24,320 bases of DNA from Candidatus Methylomirabilis limnetica (GCF_003044035.1 NZ_NVQC01000027.1:1-24320); one strand, 5' to 3'; counted from the first letter of the stretch, positions 15,981 to 22,789 are shown. The notes: a model not told the origin generated them from the sequence alone. Made by a program: numbers and translations.

Positions 15981-16445
15981 ATGAGGGCAATATTGATCGG
16001 AATCTGTGTGGGCGCGGTGGGAATGATCGCCATCGGGTTCTTCGGTAGCTCCGCTGCCGCCCCACCCCACGAATCCTCAACCGACACGCGGCAACGGCTG
16101 ATTTTTGCCCCTACCCAGCGAGACATGATGCTTACCGAGATGCGTCAGATGCTCGGGTCTGTTAGCGGGATCGTACAGGGCCTGGCGGCCAATGATCTCC
16201 CTGCGGCGGAGAAGGCAGCCCGCGCGGCTGGCATGATGCACGCAGCCGACGTTGATCCACAGATCCAGAAACTGCTTCCCCAACAGTTCCTGGGGCTGGC
16301 AATGCAAACTCACATGGGGTTCGACAAACTTGCCGACCAGATTAAAGCCGGTAATAGCCGTGATGACACCCTCCGCGGGCTCGCGACGCTGACAGGCAAC
16401 TGCATGGCCTGTCACGCCATGTACCGGCTCGACGAAGCACGCTAA
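15981..16445 (+). CDS. cycP: Cytochrome c' (class II c-type cytochrome, four-helix-bundle type)
   Basis: A signal/anchor peptide (ILIGICVGAVGMIAIGFFGSSAAA) is followed by a helical mature part of about 125 aa. A single CxxCH lies near the C-terminus in LATLTGNCMACHAMYRLDEAR. That is the class II cytochrome c pattern, comparable to ..GGTCKACHDDYR.. in Rhodobacter cytochrome c'. GGGAGG RBS about 10 nt upstream. Confidence 0.75.
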   Translation: MRAILIGICVGAVGMIAIGFFGSSAAAPPHESSTDTRQRLIFAPTQRDMMLTEMRQMLGSVSGIVQGLAANDLPAAEKAARAAGMMHAADVDPQIQKLLPQQFLGLAMQTHMGFDKLADQIKAGNSRDDTLRGLATLTGNCMACHAMYRLDEAR

Positions 16446-16482
16446 TCATATACTTTCTTCCGGGTTTTCCGTGGGTACCCTG

Positions 16483-16532
16483 ACCTTCCAGCATCCCCTC
16501 CCCCCACCGAGGGGGAGGGCGCGGGTGGGGGG
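16483..16532. repeat. G/C-tract hairpin repeat, family 1, truncated copy 3
   Basis: ACCTTCCAGCATCC-[CCTCCCCC caccga GGGGGAGG]-GCGCGGGTGGGGGG. It has the same left arm, first hairpin and right G-run as copies 1 and 2 but lacks the second hairpin. Confidence 0.6.
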
Positions 16533-16656
16533 CTTCAAAGCAAGACACATCGAAAAAAGTCACCGCCATTGCTTAAAGTCGCCTTCGATCTGGCGCCAAG
16601 AACTGGATATAGCCATTCGGATCGGCTCAGTGCCTGCTTACGTCTTCACGTTCCCC

Positions 16657-16685
16657 TTGACCTCCCCTGCCGCTTCAGCTATATT
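16657..16685 (+). promoter_or_regulatory. Candidate strong sigma70-type promoter for the ScdA_N-NnrS-DUF1858 gene
   Basis: TTGACC (16657-16662), a 17-nt spacer, then TATATT (16680-16685). It is followed by a leader of about 185 nt before ATG 16878. Confidence 0.45.
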
Positions 16686-16877
16686 TTTTGACAGGCAGGA
16701 GTGGAGCCGCCACATTGGCGCGGGGCCCTCACCTGGGCCCTCAGACCCTACACAAGCGGTCTGATGCGCCGCCAATCTGCCCCTTAGAAGCTTTCCAATT
16801 TCTTCCTTTGAGGTAGGTTGGCGTAGTGGGTGACGTATGCCCAGTCATTGTATAGATTTTGCACGATGAGCCGGTAA

Positions 16878-18707
16878 ATGGGCGCACACCAGTTCACGAG
16901 TGCAACGACGGTTGACGATGTCGTGCATGTTAACCCGGCTCTCAGCCGGATCCTGAATACGCACGGGATCGACACATGCTGCGGGGGTAGTGCCACGCTC
17001 GCCGAGGCCGCACACGTGCGCGGCATCGATCTCGGCGCGTTGCTCGCGAGTTTGAACCGAGAAGGCGAGCCGCGTAAACAAACCGCTGCCATCGCGACAG
17101 AGCCTGCGGGCCGTTGCGTCGCACCCGCTTGTGAGGTATCGGCCCCATCTGCGTACCCACCACGCGTGGCTGTCATAGTTCCCGCAGTTCCACGGCCGAC
17201 GCGCTACGTCCGGTTCTTCACTGCCAGCTTGTTCTTTGCGCTCACCTTCGGTAGTACGCTCGGCGCGTTGACGCTCGCCACCCTCACGCTTCCCTGGAAC
17301 TTCCTCGGTGGACTGCCGACGGCCTCTGCCAAAGTGGCGCACGGACACGCGCAAGTCTTCGGTTTCGCCGCCTTGTTTATCATGGGCGTCGCCTACCATG
17401 TCATTCCGCGCTTCAAGGGGGCGCCGCTTGCCGCACCGGGCGTGGCCTCGGCGTCATTCTGGTTGCAAGTGGGTGGCGTACTGGCTGTCGCCGTCGGCCT
17501 GCTCGTCGGACCGCCGGTGGTTGGGCCAATGCGATTCATGGGGGCCATTGCGCTGCTTACGGCGGCGTTGAGTTTCGGATGGGTCGTACATCATAGCTTG
17601 GCTGCCGGTGCGCCGACAACCGAGCGCTTCGAGCGCTATCTACGCGCCGGATGTGCATGGCTGGCGGTTGCGGCCGCATTAGCCGTCGCCACGGCGGCCG
17701 GCATTGATCCGCTCCAACCGGTGGTATGGGAGGCGGCGCTGTGGGGTTTCGCGGCCTCGTGGATCCTCGGCATGAGTTTGCGCATCGTGCCGGTCTTCCT
17801 GGGCCTGCTACCGTCACCTCAACGCGGAAGCAGCGCGCTGTTCGCCGGCTATCAACTGGCCGTGTTGGCATGGGTGATCATATCCGTCATTGAAGTGTGG
17901 ACACTGCTTCCAATCGCGCGCGCACTTGCCGGGGTAGCGCTGGCGCTCGCGGCTGGAGCATTCGTCCTGCGGCTTGGCATCCTCGGGCCGTGGGAGAGTC
18001 AGGGTAAAGTGGGCGACCGTGGCTACGAAAAGTTTATGGTCGTCGCCTATGCATGGTTGATTGTCGCGCTCGTATGTGTACCCGCTTGGAGGGCGGCGAC
18101 GGCACTCGTAGGCAGCCCTATGCCCGCGCTGGTCCTGGACTTCGGTCGCCACGCGTTCACTCTCGGATTTCTGACGCAGATTGTCGTTGGTGTCGCCGCG
18201 CGCCTCATCCCGGTATTTGCCGGCACGCCACTATGGAGCAAGGGTTGGCGCGACGTCACCTTCTATCTGCTCAACGCGGCAGTGGTGGCGCGCGGTCTCG
18301 AGGTGCTGGTTGAGGTCGTCGGCCTGTCCGGCGTATGGCCATACATCTCCCTCTCCGGTCTACTGGGCGTGGGCGCATTTGCCGCTTTTACTGCAAACGT
18401 ATTCATGACCGTACGTGCGCGTCCGCCTGCCGTGGCGCCCACACCGGAAGAGGGAGAATCGATGGCGGACAACGTCGTCGCCGATATCCTTACCATCCCG
18501 GGCGCCCTCGAGCTGCTCGTGAGCCGCGGTTTACGCCCGCTCCAGAACCCGGAAATGCGCGCGGCGATGGCCCCCACTGTGACGCTGCGACAGGCGTGCC
18601 GGATTCATAGCATCGAGATTGAACCGCTGCTGGCCGAGCTGTCCAAGCTGGCGGCGATGTCGCGTGGTAACACTCAGGTAGATAGACTGAAGGCTGAAGG
18701 CTTTTAG
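16878..18707 (+). CDS. Three-part fusion protein: N-terminal ScdA_N (DUF542, RIC/YtfE N-domain-like), a 12-TM NnrS-like core and a C-terminal DUF1858 domain
   Basis: The N-terminus TTVDDVVHVNPALSRILNTHGIDTCCGGSATLAEAAHVRGIDLGALLASLN fits the ScdA_N pattern (..P....vf...giDfCCgG..tL.ea....g.d...ll..L). I count 12 hydrophobic helices, carrying the NnrS-like motifs AHGHAQVFGFAALFIMG and GRHAFTLGFLTQIVVG. The C-terminus VVADILTIPGALELLVSRGLRPLQNPEMRAAMAPTVTLRQACRIHSIEIEPLLAELSKL fits DUF1858 (L.nP.mR......Tl.qAa...g.....Ll..L). The last roughly 11 codons and the TAG stop (18705-18707) lie inside repeat 18675..18874. Confidence 0.75.
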   Translation: MGAHQFTSATTVDDVVHVNPALSRILNTHGIDTCCGGSATLAEAAHVRGIDLGALLASLNREGEPRKQTAAIATEPAGRCVAPACEVSAPSAYPPRVAVIVPAVPRPTRYVRFFTASLFFALTFGSTLGALTLATLTLPWNFLGGLPTASAKVAHGHAQVFGFAALFIMGVAYHVIPRFKGAPLAAPGVASASFWLQVGGVLAVAVGLLVGPPVVGPMRFMGAIALLTAALSFGWVVHHSLAAGAPTTERFERYLRAGCAWLAVAAALAVATAAGIDPLQPVVWEAALWGFAASWILGMSLRIVPVFLGLLPSPQRGSSALFAGYQLAVLAWVIISVIEVWTLLPIARALAGVALALAAGAFVLRLGILGPWESQGKVGDRGYEKFMVVAYAWLIVALVCVPAWRAATALVGSPMPALVLDFGRHAFTLGFLTQIVVGVAARLIPVFAGTPLWSKGWRDVTFYLLNAAVVARGLEVLVEVVGLSGVWPYISLSGLLGVGAFAAFTANVFMTVRARPPAVAPTPEEGESMADNVVADILTIPGALELLVSRGLRPLQNPEMRAAMAPTVTLRQACRIHSIEIEPLLAELSKLAAMSRGNTQVDRLKAEGF

Positions 18708-18874
18708 GGGTAAATCATGCGTGATCACACAAAACCGGGCATTTGAGGTGGCTGATGGAGTAGCAATGTCGGTTTATCGGGTTGAACTAAAGATCGTAGA
18801 AACTGAGAAGGTCTTGAATAGCTTGATTCGTGCCTTGCGAGATAATTTAGAGCCTTCAGCCTAAACACCTGAGT
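18675..18874 (+). repeat. MITE-like / structured repeat, family 4, long copy (200 bp)
   Basis: The left arm is (ACT)CAGGTAGATAGACTGAAGGCTGAAGGCTTTTAGGGG. The right arm is TTGATTCGTGCCTTGCGAGATAATTTAGAGCCTTCAGCCTAAACACCTGAGT. The reverse complement of the right end (ACTCAGGTGTTTAGGCTGAAGGCT) matches the left end (ACTCAGGT...GCTGAAGGCT), so the termini are inverted repeats. Both ends are shared with 13489..13608, but the interior differs. Confidence 0.65.
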
Positions 18875-18896
18875 AGTTATATCGCGTGACGTATTA

Positions 18897-18961
18897 GAGA
18901 TGGACACAACCGTTATGAGCATGGATAAGAGGAGGATACAACCGTTATGAGCATGGATAAG
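18897..18961 (+). repeat. 32-nt tandem duplication of the translation-initiation region of the downstream gene
   Basis: GACACAACCGTTATGAGCATGGATAAG (18903-18929) and GATACAACCGTTATGAGCATGGATAAG (18935-18961) match at 26 of 27 positions with a 32-nt period. The preceding bases are also related: AGAGATG before unit 1 and AGAGGAG before unit 2, the latter being the better RBS. Confidence 0.8.
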
Positions 18962-19591
18962 CCGACGTCACGTGAACAATTCACACTTTCGTTGCGGGTA
19001 CGTCCGGAACCGATTATGGTGCGCGACCCCTTTCTCGAATTCTTGGGATTAGTCGGTCCTGAGGAGCCGATCGCGGTCGGCTTTGAAGAGTTGGTCAAGG
19101 CGGCGGGCCATATGTGTCCGACTGTAGCGGGCGCGTATCTCGTCTTGCGGCATGGGCTTAAAGCCCTGTACGGTGATGAGCCGGCCGTCCGCGGCAACGT
19201 ACAGGTGACGGCCTACGGCGGACCTACGGATTTCGGGTATGGGCCGATCTCGCAACTGGTGAACCTGGTCATCGGCGCCGCGTCTGAGACCGGTTTTGGG
19301 GGGTTGGGGGGCGGGCGCTTTCGCCGACGCGACCTCTTCGTCTTTCGGAGCGATGATCTGCGCCATAGCGAGTTCGACTTTGCGCGCCTCGATACCGGGC
19401 GCTCTGTCCATGTCACGTACGATCCGGGGGTGGTGCCGACACCTAAAGATCTCTCAGCAGCCATCGGCCCCGCGCTCTCTAACGGTGATGCCGCCTCGGT
19501 AGCTCGTTTCCGCAGCCTCTGGAATGGGCGCGTAGAAGACATCCTCGAGGCCGACGCGCGCGCCGTTCGCATCCAGCCCGCCGGCTCATAG
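18947..19591 (+). CDS. Hypothetical protein, possibly an FmdE-like domain (214 aa)
   Basis: GAGGAGGA RBS about 8 nt upstream of ATG 18947, and coding-like codon usage throughout. VKAAGHMCPTVAGAYLVLRHGLKAL resembles the GH-x-CP-G-x-x-x-G motif of FmdE-family proteins. There is no C-terminal Cys-rich zinc ribbon. The functional call is weak. Confidence 0.65.
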   Translation: MSMDKPTSREQFTLSLRVRPEPIMVRDPFLEFLGLVGPEEPIAVGFEELVKAAGHMCPTVAGAYLVLRHGLKALYGDEPAVRGNVQVTAYGGPTDFGYGPISQLVNLVIGAASETGFGGLGGGRFRRRDLFVFRSDDLRHSEFDFARLDTGRSVHVTYDPGVVPTPKDLSAAIGPALSNGDAASVARFRSLWNGRVEDILEADARAVRIQPAGS

Positions 19592-19618
19592 AAAACAGCA
19601 CCAGCACTTCGATAGGGC

Positions 19619-19674
19619 GTAGGGGCGGGCCTTGTGCCCGCCCGTGAGGCGTGAGGGGATCCCCCCTCACGCCT
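19619..19674 (+). terminator. Two tandem GC-rich hairpins between convergent genes; likely the terminator of the + strand block (also REP-like, family 5)
   Basis: Hairpin 1 is GGGCGGGC cttgt GCCCGCCC (19623-19643). Hairpin 2 is a perfect 12-bp stem, AGGCGTGAGGGG atcc CCCCTCACGCCT (19647-19674), followed by TTCGTTTCACGTTTTACG. Confidence 0.5.
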
Positions 19675-19770
19675 TTCGTTTCACGTTTTACGCCTGGCGC
19701 TGAGAGCTGATCGCTTGACCCGCACAATATTTTCGTGCGCCGTGGTGCGGCAGCGCCTCATGGTGTGTTG

Positions 19771-21789
19771 CTAAAAAAACGCCTGGATCGTGAACAGCAT
19801 ATCGTTATCATGATCTCTATGATTATATTCGAGCCGAAGCGCCCAGTTTTGCGACAGCGCGTAGCGTGACCCGACAACCCATCGAACATCATCAGATTTT
19901 TCGCCCAGCGCATACTTCAGATACGTCCCGGTAGCCATGAGTTTCCAGCGCTCGGTCAGGTCGGCCAGCATCCCGACTGTTCCACCTCCTCCGATACGAT
20001 GCCGCTCTTCGTAGGCGCGACTATAATTCCCCTCTGCTTCCGCAAACGCGAACAGGACCTCCCGGTTCAGCAGTCGAGACTCGAAGGCTCCCCCGATGCC
20101 GCCGTTGATGACCCCATTACTGCAAAGCCGGCAGTCATGGCGAGTGATTGTCTGCATCCCGACATTGATTTTCCACGACGGGGCATGGAACACCGAGTCA
20201 ACAGGTGAGAGGGACAAGATATTGGCGAGCGTCGCCCGTTCAATTCGTGTCTGGTCGACCCGATTGTAATGGCGGGCTGTAACGGACGCGATTTCGATCT
20301 GGGCATCGGGGGTGTATCCCACCTCCGGATCAAGCAGATCGTGATAACCTGCGCGCACTGTGACTTCTTCAAACGTATCATTGTTCCGCCAGCCGCTCCC
20401 CACACTGACGCGCGAGGTCTTGTGCCCTAACTCTGGCTGTTTCGCAAACGGCGCCACCATAAAATCCTCAGACGGAATCCGGAGTTGGCTACGGGCTGTC
20501 AGTGCCGCCCTGTTTCGCTCTTTTAATTCAGACGGTGGCTCATCAGTTGTATCGATTCGATATCGCAAGTAGTCCGAAACGAGATCGAGCAGGAATGCTT
20601 GGCGTGGAGGACTCAATTGGACAAAAGCTTGTAACGCAAGCTCGCCCAGATCTTTTGTCGTTCGATGGGCCAATGCACGATCTTCGGATGATAGGGATTC
20701 ACGTTTGCGCCGGATCACGTTGCTGCGAGAGGGACGATAGGTAATCCCAGAGACCAACCCCGGTTTGGACGCAATGAGTCTGACCGTATCAGCCGGAACG
20801 GTCCAGAAAAGAAACTCGTCCGTCAGATGCAACGTTGGATCTGCATAATCGAGAAGCGTCAAAAGATGATAGGAACAGTTTTCCTTGAAGAAAAAATAAT
20901 CAAAAGAGGCGTTCCCCAATTCCCACGCATGCATCAGGAGGCGCTGGACTTGTTGATCGGTAAAATTGAGACGGTACTCCCAGATATCACGATTTTCGAT
21001 GTCGCGATATTCCCGCACCTTCAAATAGTACGGAATAGTCGAAAAATATCCCTTATAGAGTCCGAAGATCCCGCGAATCGGATAGGCAATGCCGGCATCG
21101 GGCGGTACGTCCGCCGCATAATTGATGGTGTAGGCGAGGATTCTTGTCTGCTCGGTCTGGCCCTTCTGATCGACTCGCAGCAACGTATGTCCGAACATTG
21201 ATGCCGGATTATTCACAAAGGCCGAAGGAAAAATCAGCGTAATAGACCGGGCTTCAAAATCTACAAACCACCGATCGAACCGTTCGCACGCCATCTTCGG
21301 CAAGCGCGAATCGTCGAAGTGCAATTGCTGCCTCAACCAGTGATAGCGCGCAATGAACGCGCATTGCGCCGGCTGTTTAGACCGTCCCACTAGCTCCGAC
21401 GAGAAGAACTGCGCCAGTGTCGCATCTAGCTCCGCTTGAGGATTGGTCTTCCCGTCCGACGAGAGAAAAAACCCTGGATCGTCTTGTTCGCTTTCGTATC
21501 CGCCGAAAAGACGAGGACGATAATGGAGGAGCAAATGCCACTCGCGGTCGTCCGCGAGTTTACTTGCACGCGCTTTGACCTCTAGTTCGGACAGATATGC
21601 ACTAGTAGTGAGAGGCTCTGCACTGGCGGGTGGGGAGGCGAGGAAGGCAACAGAGAAAACAATCCAACTAAAAAGAAGCAATATCCGAAAGAAAAAATAG
21701 AACGGGCCCTGACCATGAGGCCAGGACCCGTTCATAGTATTATCGAGAAGAGGCTTTGGCGAGCACCGGATGACCGGCAATGGCTTCAT
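19771..21789 (-). CDS. DUF4105 (Lnb N-terminal periplasmic domain)-containing protein with a C-terminal outer-membrane beta-barrel-like region
   Basis: Signal peptide (ILLLFSWIVFSVAFLASPPASA). The FGHTLLRV region matches DUF4105 as I recall it. The C-terminal ~230 aa show beta-strand alternation and end ..MLFTIQAFF* (OMP-type terminal Phe). ATG 21789 has a GAAGG RBS but overlaps the upstream gene by 50 nt. The alternative ATG 21735 lies 4 nt after that gene's stop. G+C is low. Confidence 0.8.
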   Translation of the reverse strand: MKPLPVIRCSPKPLLDNTMNGSWPHGQGPFYFFFRILLLFSWIVFSVAFLASPPASAEPLTTSAYLSELEVKARASKLADDREWHLLLHYRPRLFGGYESEQDDPGFFLSSDGKTNPQAELDATLAQFFSSELVGRSKQPAQCAFIARYHWLRQQLHFDDSRLPKMACERFDRWFVDFEARSITLIFPSAFVNNPASMFGHTLLRVDQKGQTEQTRILAYTINYAADVPPDAGIAYPIRGIFGLYKGYFSTIPYYLKVREYRDIENRDIWEYRLNFTDQQVQRLLMHAWELGNASFDYFFFKENCSYHLLTLLDYADPTLHLTDEFLFWTVPADTVRLIASKPGLVSGITYRPSRSNVIRRKRESLSSEDRALAHRTTKDLGELALQAFVQLSPPRQAFLLDLVSDYLRYRIDTTDEPPSELKERNRAALTARSQLRIPSEDFMVAPFAKQPELGHKTSRVSVGSGWRNNDTFEEVTVRAGYHDLLDPEVGYTPDAQIEIASVTARHYNRVDQTRIERATLANILSLSPVDSVFHAPSWKINVGMQTITRHDCRLCSNGVINGGIGGAFESRLLNREVLFAFAEAEGNYSRAYEERHRIGGGGTVGMLADLTERWKLMATGTYLKYALGEKSDDVRWVVGSRYALSQNWALRLEYNHRDHDNDMLFTIQAFF

Positions 21790-22249
21790 TGATCGCCTTC
21801 ACCATAGCCACCGGAGAAGCTTCACCCGCCTTGACCAGTGAAGTGTAACGCTCTTGGGTCATTGCAAAGAAGGCACCGTGCTGATCAGTCGGTATGCCCA
21901 TCAAGGTCGCCAGTGAGGCGAGGTGCTCCCCCTGACCACGGGCCATCTCCTGGGAGAGATTCTCGAAGTTCAATTCGGCGAACATGATCGTCTTGCTGTC
22001 AGCCATTATCTTGCCATCATTGGTACAGCCGGAGGTCCCCGAGCTGATACCGAACGTTTGGCTGCCGAAGGTCCCGTTGGTCGTCGCCATCATGACCTGC
22101 GGGGCAATGTTCTTCTGGTTACGGTAGTCGTTCCAGGCGAGCTTGCCCAAACCACATCCTGGTCCGTTGTCGGAATTGGCCGCTATCGCAAGACCTGCCT
22201 GCATCCCAAACAGCACTGCGACCGCCACCATAATCGCTTTCTTCACCAT
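21740..22249 (-). CDS. DUF3015-family secreted protein
   Basis: Signal peptide (AIMVAVAVLFGMQAGLAIAA). The GPGCGLG ... TTNGTFGSQTFGISSGTSGC motifs are characteristic of DUF3015. GAAGGAGG RBS about 5 nt upstream of ATG 22249. Confidence 0.8.
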   Translation of the reverse strand: MVKKAIMVAVAVLFGMQAGLAIAANSDNGPGCGLGKLAWNDYRNQKNIAPQVMMATTNGTFGSQTFGISSGTSGCTNDGKIMADSKTIMFAELNFENLSQEMARGQGEHLASLATLMGIPTDQHGAFFAMTQERYTSLVKAGEASPVAMVKAINEAIAGHPVLAKASSR

Positions 22250-22352
22250 AAGTCCTCCTTCGTGTGAGTGAACAACGACTCGCTACCTGTTCTCCGCAAC
22301 GGGCGTATTATAGCTGAAACGACCCGTGATGTTGAGAATAATTATCCGGATC

Positions 22353-22781
22353 TCACGGCGGGACTATGGACACCACCACGCGCGTCGGCGTGGCCTCAAC
22401 GATGCGCCACGTCATCGCTTGTTCGCGATCGGTCGCGGGCAGCTCGACCAAGATACCCTTCGACGTCGCGCGCCACCGCCCAGCCCGCGGCACGGGCCTA
22501 TCGTCGGCGCCGCCCACGAACACCCGAGCGGCGCCTCCAGCTTGGAGCTCAAGTCGTTCACGCGGGCGACGCGCAAGCGGGATCTGGTCGGTTTCCGGAT
22601 AGAAGACGGCCCCGGCCCCGGTGTCCTGCTCGAACGCGTGGATCCACCTGATGCCACAGATCGTGGACGGATCCACGCGCGCCTTCCTTGGCGAGAGAAT
22701 CATGGCGTAGATACCCTTCGGATACGAGAGCACCCCGTCAATCACGGGCACTCGGCCAGGGCGGGCACAGCCGAGCACCAT
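22353..22781 (-). CDS. Hypothetical protein (142 aa, or 116 aa from ATG 22703)
   Basis: This is the only ORF in this very GC-rich stretch that is co-directional with its neighbours. It starts 8 nt after the M43 stop. The segment IRWIHAFEQDTGAGAVFYPETDQIPLARRPRERLELQAGGAARVFVGGADDRPVPRAGRW resembles small conserved hypotheticals (W..s.E......vyrP....pp.R.R..leL..dG...) seen in high-GC bacteria. The competing + strand ORFs are Arg-rich shadow frames. Confidence 0.5.
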   Translation of the reverse strand: MVLGCARPGRVPVIDGVLSYPKGIYAMILSPRKARVDPSTICGIRWIHAFEQDTGAGAVFYPETDQIPLARRPRERLELQAGGAARVFVGGADDRPVPRAGRWRATSKGILVELPATDREQAMTWRIVEATPTRVVVSIVPP

Positions 22782-22789
22782 CGCTGAGC

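Noticed and set aside
16784-17399. Minus-strand ORFs 16784..17176 (130 aa) and 16845..17399 (184 aa)
   Set aside because: They are antisense to the ScdA_N domain and the first helices of the fusion gene, with Arg/Gly/Glu-rich shadow composition.
22268-22787. Plus-strand ORFs 22268..22651 (127 aa) and 22326..22787 (153 aa) in the very GC-rich stretch
   Set aside because: They are extremely Arg/Pro-rich and lie in the opposite orientation to all neighbouring genes. I favoured the co-directional minus-strand ORF, but only with confidence 0.5.
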